Assembly (NCBI GenBank): GCA_964016885.1
Contig: OZ024761.1
Span: forward strand, 24,986,001-25,050,000
Direction: 5' to 3'
Length of the DNA stretch: 64,000 bases
Origin: Eledone cirrhosa
Taxonomy: Eukaryota
The notes beneath the pieces are model-generated. The model did no database searches. It saw only the letters and a program-made list of their open reading frames with translations, and was not told where the DNA came from. A program made the translations under genes and the position numbers. How positions within the stretch are numbered: position 1 is the stretch's first letter; each line of letters starts with the position of its first letter. Shown here piece by piece: positions 1-14,519 of the stretch.

Positions 1-20
1 GTGTATGTAAGCACGTATGC

Positions 21-65
<45 letters not shown>

Positions 66-720
66 TGCATGTGTACGTAAATGCATGAGTATATATGTGT
101 GCTTGTGCATGCGTGTGTGAGCGTGTGCTCGTGTGTGTATGTGAGCGTGTGGTTGTGTGACCATGTGCATGTGTGTGTGAGTGTGTGCTGCGTCTGAGCG
201 GGTGCTTGTGTGTGTATGTGTATACGTGTGGTTGTGTGAGCGTCTGCTCGTGCGTGTGTGTGAGCGTCTGCTCGTGTGTGTGTGAGTGAGCGTCTGCTCG
301 TGCGTGTTTGTGTGAGCGTCTGCGTGTTTGTGTGAGCGTCTGCTCGTGTGTGAGCGTGTGCTCGTGTGTGTGTGTGTGTGCGTGTGTGCTCGTGTGTGTG
401 AGCGTGTGCTCCTGTGTGCGTGTGATCGTGTGCTCGGGTGTGTGCGTGTGTGAGCTCGGGTGTGTGACTGTGTGTGCTCGTGTGTGTGTGTGCGTGAGCG
501 TGTGCGTGCGTGAGCATGTGCTCCTATGTGTGCGTGCGTGAGCGAGCTCGTGTGTTTGAGATCGTGTGTGTGCGTGCGTGAGCGTGAGCTCGCGTGTGTG
601 TGTGCGTGAGCGTGTGCTCGCGTGTGTGTGTGTGTGCGTGCGTGAGCGTGTGCTCGCGCGTGTGTGTGCGTGTGGTTTAATGGTGAGTGTGTGTAATATG
701 ATGGTGAGTGGGCGGTGTTG
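1..720. repeat. Compound (TA)n/(TG)n microsatellite with GTGAGCGTGTGCTC-type variants
   Basis: Direct reading; overlapping ORFs are H/T or C/V low-complexity artefacts. Confidence 0.95.
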
Positions 721-809
721 TTATTTACTTAATGGAATGTGTTACGTTACCACGTGAATGACAGGTTGGACAGTATTCTTGGATTAATTCATTTGCAGGC
801 TACATGGAA

Positions 810-3008
810 CGCTAACAACAAAACAACAACAACAACAACACCAACAACAACAACATCATCCCCCATCACCACCATCGTCGTTTATCACTACCGTTATCAC
901 CATCGACATCATCATCACCATCATCATCATCATTAGCAACAACAACAACACCATCACCATCATCATCATGAGCAGCACCAACGACAACACCACCATCATC
1001 ATCATCATGAGCAACAACAACAACAACAACGACAACAACACCATCATCATCATGAGCAACAACAACAACAACACCATCAACATGAGCAACAACAACAACA
1101 ACAACAACATCAACATGAGCAACAACAACAACGACAACAATACCATCAACATGAGCAACAACAACAACAACACCATCATCATCATGAGCAGCAACAACAA
1201 CAACACCACCATCATCGCCATCGTAGTTTATCACACTAGTTAGCGCCATTATCATCACCATTATCAACAACATCATCAACAATATCATCATCATCATCAT
1301 CCCCCATAGCCCACTACATCCTCCATAGCACTCCCAACACCCTTCACAATTCCCTACACTCTCCATCACCCTCCATAGCACCCCTACACCATATATAGCA
1401 CCCCTACACCCTCCATAGCCCCCTACATCATCCACATCACCCAACACCCTCCGTACCCCACCCACCCACCCCACACTCGCCATAGCACCCCTACGCTATC
1501 CATACCACACCCAACACCTCTACCCCCCGCCCCACACACACTCGCCATAGCACCCCTACACTGTCCATAACACACCCAACACCATCCGTAGCAGCTCTAC
1601 ACCATCCACATCACCCCCAACACCATGTACAGTACCCCCCAGCGCCATACATATTTTTGCACCAGAACCACCAGCAATAGCATCACGACCAACACCACGA
1701 AAACTAACACGAACCAACAACGCCGCCGCTGCCACGACCACCATTATCCCCATTTACTCTACCTACACCAGCACCACCACCATTACAACACCAACCCCAT
1801 CACCCTGAACACCAACATTAGCACCACCAACACCACCACTTCCATTACAACTAAAACTCCATCACTATCACCTTCACATATTCGCACTGCCATTACAACC
1901 ACAACCATCTTCACCATCAGAATCACCATAAACAACACCACCACCACCATTACAACCATCATCACCATCACCCTGAAAACCGCCAACACAACCAGCACCG
2001 TAAATCCACAACCATCACCATCAAGCCGACCATCAAAATCATCACCAACAGCGCCACCATTACAACCACAACCATCACCACCATCACACTATTGCAACCA
2101 CAACCATCACCACCATCACCATATCGAAAACCACTACAGCACAACCAAGGGCACCACAACTTCAAATACAACTATCATCACCATCACCGCCAAAACCACC
2201 AACACCACACCAGTACCATAACAATCACAAACATCAACACCATAACCATCTCTACAACAACCACCACCACCACCAACATTAACACTACGATCACCATCAC
2301 CGTCACAACCACCAACACCAGCACCATTAGAATCACAACCATCAATACCATCAGCATCGAAACCGCCATCACAATCGCCAAATACACCATCGTCTCCATC
2401 AACACCACCAACACCATTACAATCACAATAATCACCACCATTACAACCATCACACTGAAAACCATCAACACCAACACCATTACAATTACAAACATCACAA
2501 TCAAAACCACCATCACCATCGCCCAGAACACCATAATTTCCACTAACACCACCACCATCATCTTTTTACTACAACCACAACCAACTTCACCAACACCATA
2601 ACCATCACCATTAACACCACACGAGTTCATCATGACACTTCTCATGTAGGCGATAGTATTTAAAATGTATATTCCATGCGAAGGTGTGGGGGCCTGTACA
2701 CGGGATGATAGATTGTATGTCTGTGTGAGTGTACCGTAGGTTTCTAGTTGTTTATAATTTGTTTATAAATATTATATTGTTTAAATTATACACACACACA
2801 TAGACACATTGTGCTTTCGGCTATGTTGATGGTGGTGGTCGTGATGGTTGTGGCGTTGGTGGTCGTGATGGTTGTGGTGTTGGTGGTCGTGATGGTTGTG
2901 GTGTTGGTGGTCGTGACGGTTGTGGAGATGGTTGTGGCGTTGGTGGTCATTGTGATGGTGGTTGTGATTGAAATGGTGGTGGTGTTGGTTGTGTTGATGG
3001 AGACGATA

Positions 3009-3010
<2 letters not shown>
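810..3010. repeat. Degenerate (CAA/CAT/CAC)n trinucleotide low-complexity region
   Basis: Direct reading; the 2820-3005 part is in the opposite orientation (GTG/ATG). Confidence 0.9.
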
Positions 3011-3057
<47 letters not shown>

Positions 3058-3534
3058 GTGTGTGTGTATGTAGTGTGTGGGTTGTGTGTGTGTGTGATGA
3101 GTGGGGTATGTGGGTGGTGTGTGTGTGGTGTATGTGTGGTGTGTGTGGTGTGTAAGTATGTGTAAGTATGTGTGTTGTGTAAGTATGTGTGTGGTGTGTG
3201 TGATGTGGTACGTGTGAGTGTGTGTGGTGTAAGTGTGAGTCTGTGTGGTGTAAGTGTGTGTATGTGTGTGGTGTAAGTGTATGTATGTGTTTGTTTGTTT
3301 AATCTGCTAAGTGCCAAATCTAAAAATGGACAACTACTGTGAGTGTGTGAGGGGGTGTATTGGTGTGTATGAGAATGTATGGCTGTGTGGGTGTATGTAT
3401 GGCTGGGTGGGTGTATGCATGGTTGTGTGGGTGTATGTATGGCTGTGTGAGTGTATGTATGGCTTTGTGGGTGTATGTATGTGTGTCGACGATGTTTATG
3501 AGAGCAATGAGTACGTGTGGGTACATGTGTATTA

Positions 3535-4300
3535 GTGTGCGTACTTGTATGTGTATGCCAGTAGAAATGTGTGTGTATGTATGTATGTATGTATGTATGT
3601 ATGTATGTATGTGTATGCCAGTACATGTGTGTGTGTGTGTGTGTATGTATGTATGCGTGCGTACTTGTATGTGTATGCCAGTAGATATGTGTATGTGTGT
3701 ATGTATGTATGTGAATGCCAGTAGATGTGTGTATGTGTGTATGTATGCATGCGTACTTGTATGCGTATGCCAGTAGATATATGTGTGTGTGTATGTATGC
3801 ATGCGTACTTGTATGTGTATTCTAGTAGATATATGTGTGTGTGTATGTATGCGTGTGTACGTGTATGTGTATGCCAGTAGATATGTGTGTGTGTGTATGT
3901 ATGTATGCCTGCGCACTTGTATGTGTATGCCAGTAAATATGTGTGTGTGTATGTATGTATGTATGCGTGCGTACTTGTATATGTCTGCCAGTAGATATGT
4001 GTGTGCGTGTGTGTATGTATGTATGTATGCGTGCGTACTTGTATATGTATGCCAGTAGATATGTGTGTGTGTATGTATGCGTGAGTATGCCAGTAGACGT
4101 GTGTGTGTGTATGTATGTATGCGTGCGTACTTGTATTTGTATGCCAGTATATATATGTGTGTGTGTATGTATGTATGTATGTATGTATGTATGTATGTAT
4201 GTATGTATGTATGCGTGCGTGCGTGTATGTGTATGCCAGTAGATATGTGTGTGTGTGTATGTATGTATGCGTGCGTACTTGTATGCCAATAGATATGTGT
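3535..4300. repeat. Minisatellite of about 45-55 bp, core GTGCGTACTTGTATGTGTATGCCAGTAGATATGTG, with variable (TG)/(TATG) spacers
   Basis: Core ATGCCAGTAGAT recurs more than 10 times. Confidence 0.9.
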
Positions 4301-4473
4301 GTGTGTGTATGTGTGTATGTATATTTGGAGGGTATATGTGTATATGCGTCTACGTGTAAAAGCGGGTATTCATTTGTGAATAGGCGTGTGTATCTGCACA
4401 GGCATGTCTGTATGAATATGTATAATGGGAATGTGTGTGAATGTGTGTTTGGGTATATGTGTGCATGGTGTGT

Positions 4474-4528
<55 letters not shown>

Positions 4529-5189
4529 TGTGTGTGTGTGTGTGTGTGTGCATGCGTGTGTGACGTGTTTTGAGTGTATGCGAGTATGTGTGTTTGGGTG
4601 GTGGTACAAGGGGTGTGTTACTTAAGTCAGCCCTCACTACCATCAAGATTACCAAACTACGACCAACATAACAACAACAACAACACCAGAACAACAACAA
4701 CAACAACACAACAACAACAAATACAACAATAGAACAATAACAAAAACAACAGCATCGACGGCAACGATAACAACAGAACAACAACAAACCAACAGCATCA
4801 ACAACAACAGCGTCGACAACAACAACAACAACATCATCGACAACAACAGCAATAACAACAGCATCGACAACAACAAAAACAACATCATCGACAACAACAA
4901 CAGCATCGACGACAACAACAACATCATGGACAACAACAACAACATCATGGACAACAACAACAACAACAACAACATCATGGACAACAAAAACAACAACAAC
5001 AACAACAACCATACCATCCACCAGAACAATAGCAGCGTCAACTCTAACCACCACCAAGAACAATAACAACACAAATAACAACAATAACCACCAACACTAT
5101 CAGTAACATCCACCAACACCATCTGCACAACAGCAGTAACAACAACAACATCCATAACCGCATAAGCTAATGCACATATACGAACATGC

Positions 5190-5260
<71 letters not shown>

Positions 5261-5547
5261 GCAGAAGTTATTATAATAATAATAGTGAGCACAAAATCCA
5301 GCTTGCAAGAGCTATTATCATCTTACAGAAACAATCCCCAGAGGCTGACACAAAGCACTCAATGAGATGATATCGATAAATCTATAAATTATAGCCCAGA
5401 GTGATAAACATAGGTTAAAAGTCTGACAAATTGAAAATTGTGAATGGATGGAATTGCCACAACAGCCAACACAACAACCGAAATACAAACAGGATATATA
5501 TGTGTCTGTGTGTGTTTCAAATCACCTTACTTGCTGTGATTACACAG

Positions 5548-5756
5548 ATGATTTTGATCACGTTGCTTACAATTTGCTTAACAAATCCACATATTTGCAC
5601 ATGCTACAATACAGCGTTGAAGCCATTGCCGTGCCCTCATCAGACAGCGTATTACATAATAAAGTTACAATCAAGGAGGATATCCAAAATTGAAGTGACA
5701 AAGGGAACGGACAAACAACGATGTTTATTAATCGAATGGCCGTTCTCCTTTATTAT
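5548..5756 (+). CDS. Candidate exon with signal-peptide-like start (MILITLLTICLTNPHICTCYNTALKPLPCPHQ...WPFSFI)
   Basis: Unique-sequence island; acceptor TACACAG immediately before ATG; donor AT|GTAAGA at 5757; frame open between them. No family recognised. Confidence 0.3.
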
Positions 5757-5944
5757 GTAAGACGCTGTCAGAAGAGAGCATTACACTAGCTTCCTCATTG
5801 TATTGCGTAACCAATTGTCATCCTCGAAATATGTATAAAGGCGTTATTAATATAGGAAATTATCATCTAAACTTTGTATTTCTTTATTCTAAAGAAACAG
5901 GAAAATGCACGTTGAGTCCTTGATTTAAATTACATCAATGTTTT

Positions 5945-5990
<46 letters not shown>

Positions 5991-6234
5991 ACGAACGAGT
6001 GTTAGAAGTTAAGGTGACATAAACGTGCGTAAGCAAGCATGTATATACCAACATACACACGCATACAAATACATACATCCTCATATCCACCCTGCACTGC
6101 ACGCTCCTACAAACAAACATTATATTATATATATATATATATATATATATTTTAATATATATATGCCTATATACACATACACATCTACATACACACACAT
6201 ATGGATACGCCACATATATCTAGCTAATACACGC

Positions 6235-6267
<33 letters not shown>

Positions 6268-8409
6268 CGTGACATACACCTAGCTAATACGCGTATATAC
6301 AACATTATATACACATGGATAGGCCACACACAGCTACACAAATACATACATAAAGAAAATACACACTCCTTAACAAAAATATCGTAACGCCATATTTGCT
6401 GTATCACGTGACAGCAGATAATTTGCCGTTTCTCGAGGTACCACCTTATTTTAACGCATTTATTGTAAATTATTGTGTGGTTGCTATGGTAACGGTTAGA
6501 CAATTGCTAGAAGCCTGTGAATTCGTATTAATATTCATTTAATTTATATTTTCAATATAGTTTCCTTGTCATCTTCGTGTGTGGTTATATATTTGGGTGT
6601 ATACTGTCTTTATATATATATATATATATATATATAATGTGCGCATGTATGTATGTATGTACGCATGGATGTACATATGTATGTATGTGTGTACATATGT
6701 ACGCTTGTGTGTACAAATATACGCTTGCGTGTACATATGTATTTATGTATGTATGTATGTTTGTACATATGTATGTATGTGTGTATGTACGCATGTGTGT
6801 ATGTACGCATGTATGTATATATGTTCATGGCCGTACTCTATAACGAGGGGGCAGCCATCATGTATATATGTACGCATGTATATACATTTGTATGTATGTG
6901 TATATATATGTACGCATGTGTGTACATATGTACGTTTGCGTGTATGTATGTATGTTTGTACATATGTATGTATGTGCGTACATATGTATGTATGTCCGTA
7001 CATATGTATGTATGTGCGTACATATGTATATCTGTGTGTACATATGAATGTATGTATGTACATATATATGTATGTATGTGTGTATGTATGTATATATGTT
7101 TATGGCCATACTCGATAACGAGGGTGCAGCCAACATGTAGATATGTACGCATGTATGTATGTATGTATGTATATATGTAGGTTTGAATCGTTGTATGTAT
7201 GGACGCTCAGATATATGCCTGCGTATAAGTATGGGTATAATTATGGGTGTAACTATGTATGTAAGTGTGCATGCATGCTTATATATATATGTGTGTATAT
7301 ATATTATAATGTCTTTGTATAAGTATGTATATATGTATGTGTATGTCTGTATGTATGAACGTATATACGTAAGTATATATGGACGGTTTGATGGAGGGTG
7401 TAGCGTATGTGTGTTTATGTATGTATATTTAAATATGTCTTCGTATTATATATATATATATACACATGTATGTATCTATCTCTCTCTCTCTCTATATATA
7501 TATAGATATGTCATTGTATATGTATGTATATATATATATATATGTGTGTGTGCGTGTGTGTATGTGTATGTATATACATGTGTATGTCTGTGTATATATA
7601 TATATATATATATATGTGTGCATATGTCTTTGTATATGTATGTATATACATGTGTATGTGTGTATGTATATATATATATGTATACGTGTCTGCATTTATA
7701 TGTATATATGTATGTATGTACGTATGTGCATCTGGATCGATAGGTGTTTTAGTACTTCACAGTTTTTTTGTTCTTTATCGTGCTTATTAATTTACTAGCA
7801 GAGACAAGGCAGTTCCCCTGTAATTGTCACTTTACCACTAACACAACAACAACAACCACAATAACATTGTCACCAACGACACCACCACTAGGTCCACCAA
7901 CACAACAACAATACCACCACCACCACCACAACAACAACGATACCACCACCAGCTACAACAACACTAGCTACAACAACAATAGCAACAAACGCTGTCACCA
8001 TGAACAACAACATCACAACAACAACAACCAACCAAATCTAAAAAAAAAAAACTGACATACACAACAAAAGCACCACCATTACCGCCACCAACACCTAGAT
8101 CTATCACCATCACCACTACCAAAGAAACATCAAGAAGAACACCACCAATAACAGCTTCAAACACTGCCACCGCCACCACTACTAATAACACCACCACTAT
8201 CTATACCAACATCTGCACCCCTCCACTCGTTCCAAAAACACCAACAATACAACCTCCACCACAAGATCATGACAACACTAAACAACATCACCATCACTAG
8301 CTCCACCATCAGCAACACCACAAGCATAACAAGAACAACAATAACAACACCACCAACAATAACAGCACATCCAATACCAACATAGTTTTCAAACCGATTA
8401 TTTTGACCA

Positions 8410-9130
8410 CCACAACCACGAGCACTACAACAATAACAACAGCCATCGCACAACAACAACAAAAACAACAACAGCCACCGCACAACAACTAAAACAATGA
8501 CACCCACATCATAACTATCACAAAAAAACAACAGCCATCGCACAACATCAACCGAAAAACAACAAGAAACAACAACAGCCACCACGCAAAAACAAAATAA
8601 AACAACAGCCACCACACAACAACCACAAAAACTTCAACAACAGCCACCACACAACAATCACAAAAAAACAACAACAGCCATCACACAACAACAAAAAACA
8701 ACAACAGCCACCGCACAATAAATAAAACAACAGCCACCACACAACAATCACAAAAAACAACAACAGCCACCGCACAACAATCACAGCCACCAGACAACAA
8801 TCACAAAAAAAAACAACAACAACCACCGCACAACAATCACAAAAAACAACAACAGCCACCACACAACAATCACAAAAAACAACAACAGCCACCGCACAAC
8901 AATCACAAAAAACAACAACAGACAACGCACAACAACTTACAACAACAGCCAGCGAACAACAACAACAAACAATAACAACCACCACACAACAACAAAAAAC
9001 GACTACAGCCACCACACAACCACAAAAAACAACAACAACCACCGCACAACAACAACCGCACAAGCACAAACACTGCATAACAACAACAACCGCACAGCCA
9101 CAAAAAAAACAGCCACTGCATAACAACAAC
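8410..9130. repeat. Minisatellite of about 34 bp, AACAACAACAGCCACCACACAACAATCACAAAAA
   Basis: Direct reading, many degenerate copies. Confidence 0.85.
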
Positions 9131-9438
9131 AACGGCAGCAGTTTCCTGTTTTACATTTTGTTTTGACTTCCTACCTGCTCTGTTTTGTGTTAACTTTCGC
9201 TAGAAAACAGTTTTGTGCAAGTTAACGTATTTTAATAACTTCACTTTACTTATCACGTTTTCGGAATCTCACAGTCTCATCTTCAAGTATCAGAACAGTC
9301 AAAATAGGGGTTTATTGGTCATGTACTTAGCAATGCTTATAAAGGATCACTTCACTAATTAAATATTTCTCAACTGTTGAGGCATGGCAATTATCATAAT
9401 TAATGTCATGTATGCTATATCTGGGAGAGTATTTTGAC

Positions 9439-9730
9439 CAGACATGGGCAATCTATTTTGAGAAGTGGGCCGCATGAGATATGTCTCACCATCAGGCGGG
9501 TCGCAGGCGCTAATTTACATTCGTGCCCACATTTTAAAAAAAAGGTTGAAACTCAGGTTGTTTTGATTTGTTTCTTCAAAATTCGTACATGTTGTTTTCC
9601 CCGATCGAAAAATGATAGAAAGATAAATTACGACTGAAAAGTTGGGATAACAAAAATCAGTAATATTTCACTTAGGTGACTTAGGCGAGCCATTCGGAAA
9701 GCTTCGCTGGTCGCAGGTTACCCATGACTG
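9439..9730. mobile_element. Non-autonomous hAT (Charlie/SPIN-like) MITE, 292 bp
   Basis: Left end CAGACATGGGCAATCT, right end (reverse complement) CAGTCATGGGTAACCT, 13/16 match; 8-bp flanks ATTTTGAC and AGTTAGGC match 5/8 and resemble the Charlie NTCTAGAN target. Confidence 0.7.
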
Positions 9731-9739
9731 AGTTAGGCC

Positions 9740-9868
9740 GTCGAATAGAACGCTTTGCAACACTCTCTCCGGCTCTCTGGTTTCTGAGTTCAAATCCCGA
9801 TGAGGTCAACTTTATTTTTCTTCCATTCCACATCGATAACAAAGTACCAGTCTAGTACTGGGGGTGAC
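9740..9868 (+). mobile_element. Old, diverged tRNA-derived SINE copy
   Basis: B-box GAGTTCAAATCC followed by degenerate GAGGTCAACTTT...TCGATAACAAAGTACCAGT. Confidence 0.75.
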
Positions 9869-10102
9869 TTCTTGCTCTATGTCTTTTACTCACTCTTTCT
9901 TTCACTGGAAGAAATCTAATTGAAAGTAGTTGGGTTCCGCCAGGTTTTAAAGATACTGCTATAGAAACGCCGCAAGTCAATTCGGCGCCCCAAAGACTAC
10001 ATCAGGAGTTTCAGGGCCAGGCATGCATGGTGTATTTGTCCCAACATTTTAGGTTTACATTCTAATATTACAGCAGTCTTCATAATTGCGAAACCAATTA
10101 TA

Positions 10103-10400
10103 TTTCTCCAGCGGCAACCTGGGACAGTCTGAGCTAATCCAAGCTCTGCTGCACTTCAGGCCGAAGAAGATAAACTCTCCAAATACGGTCGCTCTCCGAC
10201 AGCTTTGCGGTGGAGCCCGTAGCAGTGGAGACTTCTGGTGTCCTTGGCCCTAGGACCACCTCCATACTCACCACCATCGGCACAAATTTGGCTACCTGCA
10301 GGTATGAGCCTCACCAGATGGAAATGCTTTTCCAGCGCGTCTCACTCTCCATCCTCTGAGTAACCGCCTTCTGCATTTTGTCTGCTGTGGCCGTTGGATG
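10103..10400 (+). mobile_element. CRE-clade non-LTR retrotransposon remnant (C-terminal restriction-like endonuclease region), pseudogenised
   Basis: Manual translation across a frameshift near 10190: SAALQAEEDKLSKYG / LSDSFAVEPVAVETSGVLGPRTTSILTTIGTNLATCRYEPHQMEMLFQRVSLSIL*..AFCIL; matches the CRE pattern AE..K..KY / P.AVET.G..G / LFQR.S..I.RGNA. Confidence 0.8.
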
Positions 10401-10879
10401 GCTAGCGCATGGGCCCCCATTTGCTCACAATAGTGAGATAAGGGGAGAGTAACAGTGACATAGGTAATGATAGTAGGTGTTTGGTTCCTTTGTGCTAGTA
10501 TCTGGTATATATAAGAAAGAATGAGTCTTTCCCACAATCATCATCATCATATACACGAATATCTGCCCGAATGCAGCAATTGAGAAATTATATATCAGGC
10601 TGCTGACTAACTATTTTCCATCTCTCTCAAGATATAGCGTCGTCAGCATTTGTACAACCCTCCCCCCCAAAAAAAATTTTAGGAAGATTCACTATTCTCC
10701 AAGCGTACAGGTGGGTTTCTATTTTATGCAAAAAACCTCCAATTTTGGGAGATTTAGCTGTGATGTGTGTGGTGGGTGGGGGATTAGACAAATGCTAAAT
10801 AAATTCAACCCCAGAATATAAAATGTAATTTTACGAGGCCCGGTTACCATTCCACCGCCCTCTGGTAGTAATAATGATG

Positions 10880-11390
10880 AGAAGAAGAAGAAAAATAAAA
10901 AGTAAAAGAAAAAAAGAAGACGATGAAACAGAAAAAGTAAAATGAAAAGAAAAGACGGTAAAAGAAAAAGAAAAAAGAAAAACATAGAAAAAGAAAGGAA
11001 AAAGGAAAAAGAAGAAAACGAAAACAAGAAGAAAAAGAAGTAAACAAGAAGAAAAAGAAATAAACAGGAAGAAAAAGAAAAAGAAGAAAAAGAAAAAGAA
11101 AAAGACAAAGAAGAAAAAGAAGAAAAAGAAGAAAAAGAAGAAAAAGAAAAAGAAGAAGAAAACAAGAAGAAAAAGAAGAAAGCAAGAAGAAAAAGAATAA
11201 GTAAACAAGAAGAAAAAGAAAACGAGAAGAAAAAGAAGAAAACAAGAAGAAAAAGAATAAGAATAAGAAAAAGAATAAGAATAAGAAAAAAAGAAAATAA
11301 GAAAAAAAGAAAAAAAGAAAAAAGAAAAAAAGAAAAAAAGAAAAAGAAAAAGAGGAAGCAGAAAATGACGACGAAAAAGAAGAAAATATC
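10880..11390. repeat. (GAAAAA/GAA)n purine tract
   Basis: Direct reading. Confidence 0.95.
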
Positions 11391-11835
11391 AGGTAAATTC
11401 GTACAATATCGTGTGGGACACGCCAGCAATGTCCACGAACCGGGATCAAGCTAGCTTATATGATAATCCCATCCATATAGCGATGTGTTGAATTCATTCG
11501 GGAGATACTTGTAATGTCGGTTATATTTGAATGAATGATGGATGATAATTGTAAGAACGTTCTGTCATTTCACTTTAAAAGCTTTGTTAGACAGCGTCTG
11601 CCACGATGGTAGCCATGATGGATGTATCTTACACTGACCAACAATTTTTTTTTTTTTTAACTAAAAACAAAAATTATATATATGTATATATATGGAAAAA
11701 TTAAAAACAAAAAAAAATACACACCAATTTTCATTCCAATTTCATGCTGATGTATGAAAACAGAGAAATACATTTATTATGCTTGACATCCACTTAACTA
11801 TATGCATTTACACGTATACACACATGTAATGTATA

Positions 11836-11887
<52 letters not shown>

Positions 11888-12213
11888 TACATACCACACA
11901 CTCACAAATATATATATATATGCATATATATACATATGCATAGACATATATATATAGACATATATATATATATATACACATAGACATATATATATATATA
12001 TATATATATAGACATATATATATATATATACACATAGACATATATATATATATATACATAGACACATATATATATATACATACACATATATATATATATA
12101 TACACACATATATATATATCCATATGCGTATACACATATATATACATATGTACACACACACAGACACATATATATATACAAACACACAGACATATATATA
12201 TATACACACACAG

Positions 12214-12252
<39 letters not shown>

Positions 12253-12407
12253 CATACATGCAAACACACCTATATATATATATATATATAAATACATACA
12301 CACAAACATATATGCACATACACACAAATGTGTATATATATATATATATATACATGCACTCAAACCTATATAAATACATACATACACACACACAAAGACA
12401 CACACAC

Positions 12408-12448
<41 letters not shown>

Positions 12449-12837
12449 TGATGTGTGCGTGTGTATACGTGCGTGACAGCCATGTAGAAGACGATTTGGG
12501 CGGAGTGGAGCTGTATTTTTTTTCGCAAAAAAAGTTATTTTCTGAATGTATTTCATTTTATTATATTTTGTTGCATATAATAGACATTTACACGATGGGC
12601 AGGCTGTTTCCTTATTACTCGGTAGAATGTCGAGTGTACGCTATACACACACACACATATATATGTGTGTACATATATATATATATATATGTGGGAAATC
12701 TATGTGATAGTTTACAAGCCCTCAAATCAATCCTACTGTCTATTTTACAACTTAATCTTTGACCAACTAGGTTGTCTCAATACATAGTCAAACAGCCCCA
12801 CTTGCTAGAAAGAGCAGGCAAATATATTTTACATAAC

Positions 12838-12945
12838 TGTTTCTACTTTAGGCACAAGGCCAGCAATTACCCAGTGCATTACTGGTACTTTATTTTATCG
12901 ACCCCGTAAGGATGAAAGGCAAAGTCAACCTTGGCGGGATTTGAA
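12838..12945 (-). mobile_element. tRNA-derived SINE, 3' portion
   Basis: Reverse complement of TTCAAATCCCGCC..GTTGACTTTGCCTTTCATCCTTACGGGGTCGATAAAATAAAGTACCAGT..GGCCTTGTGCC. Confidence 0.9.
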
Positions 12946-13186
12946 ATATATTTTACATAACGCCGTATTTTATGGCGGGGACATCGATTGCCTTTATTCT
13001 GTAAACACACAGATGCCCCTCCGCTATATATACTTGGGGAGGGTCATATTGTTATAATATTGCCAGAAATCTCAACAGAACACACTCCCTGTTTTGTTTG
13101 GGTTGGTGTTCGCGTCTGTATCTTTTATATCTCCATAGGGGGAGGGGGAGAGAGGCAGAGAGAGAGAGGAAAAAAGAGAAAAATGT

Positions 13187-13345
13187 TTTCTACAGGACTA
13201 GAAATGTTTCATTCTAAAGAATGTTGATTGCCTTCGAATGAAACAGTACTAGTCCTGTAGAAGCCATGACTATAATAGATATTTATACTCTGCTCTGTAT
13301 TGAGTACCTTACTTACTGTTGTTACCTCCGATTGGACCTGGGATA
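13187..13345 (+). mobile_element. Palindromic Penelope-like fragment, family B (CTACAGGACTAG..GTTTCATTC / GAATGAAACAG..CTAGTCCTGTAG)
   Basis: Inverted arms; homologous to 30308-30500, 31686-31863 and 52570-52615. Confidence 0.7.
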
Positions 13346-13442
13346 CACACACAAGATATATATTTGTCTGAAATCATCCTGGAAGTCGTATAACATAGTG
13401 CTGTAGTTTACTTGACGAATTCTAGAATAAGAAACCAAGATT

Positions 13443-13530
13443 TAAATAAGTTTAAACGCCCTACAATGCGTACAAGGTTAAAGGTTCTATGGCAATCTTG
13501 TACGCATTGTTGGACTTTTAAACTTATTTA
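13443..13530. repeat. Imperfect inverted repeat with arms of about 34 bp (TAAATAAGTTTAAA..ACAATGCGTACAAG / CTTGTACGCATTGT..TTTAAACTTATTTA), probably retroelement-derived
   Basis: Direct reading. Confidence 0.75.
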
Positions 13531-13742
13531 AATGTATATATATCGTTCAAGGTAACAACCAACAGTCGTACAAAAAGTCTTATTAGTTTCACGTGTTATA
13601 TGGAAAAGGGGAATATATATATCAGTATAATGTTGACAGACGTGAGATTGAGTGCTCAATACCGAAGTAGATTTTAAATGTTCTTTATCATGGCTAAATA
13701 TTGTTTATTACGAATGTAGGACTTTCACCTTCTTATTCACAG

Positions 13743-13786
13743 GATCATCCGAGAAATCTATGATTGATAATCGTGTGAGAGTGCAG
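13743..13786 (+). CDS. Candidate 44-nt exon (SSEKSMIDNRVRVQ)
   Basis: Acceptor TTCTTATTCACAG, donor CAG|GTGAAA, one open frame. Confidence 0.2.
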
Positions 13787-13831
13787 GTGAAACTACAGAG
13801 TAACAAGATTCATCACATAATTATATTAAAC

Positions 13832-13885
<54 letters not shown>

Positions 13886-14064
13886 CGCAGATTTTTTCAT
13901 ATGTATGTTTATGAACACTGACACACACACATGTATATATATATATATATATATACATACATATACATATAAATACATATATATATGAGTGAATGTGTGT
14001 GCATACATATATATATATATAATATATATATATGTATATATATATTTATCTTCGCGCACAAACC

Positions 14065-14105
<41 letters not shown>

Positions 14106-14126
14106 CTTCGCGCACAAACCTGTATT

Positions 14127-14183
<57 letters not shown>

Positions 14184-14519
14184 ATGTGTGTGTGTGTATA
14201 CAAGTTGGAAAACACGATATCCTATGTGCCTATAGATATAAGAAGGTATATTAAATTGCCATTAACAGAGAATCTGACAAACAGCTCTGACTAGTTTATA
14301 TAAACTGTTGTTCGCCATTTTCAAAGTTTGGTCAAAGAAATCAACGCTCTACCTGTTCATTATCGGTAATCACTTGAGAATCGACAGACACTAAGTATAG
14401 AACTCTAGACAGAAATTACCATTATGAATGCTAATCTCTTGGATCAATGCCAAAATCTCTCCAAGATTTCTATCACAATGACTTTGGCATTGTATCGATT
14501 TCACTGGTCATGCTTCCCT

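Noticed and set aside
866-2645. His/Thr/Asn-rich ORFs resembling mucin or His-rich proteins (also 50020-52247)
   Set aside because: Trinucleotide low-complexity DNA open in several frames on both strands, with no splice or start context
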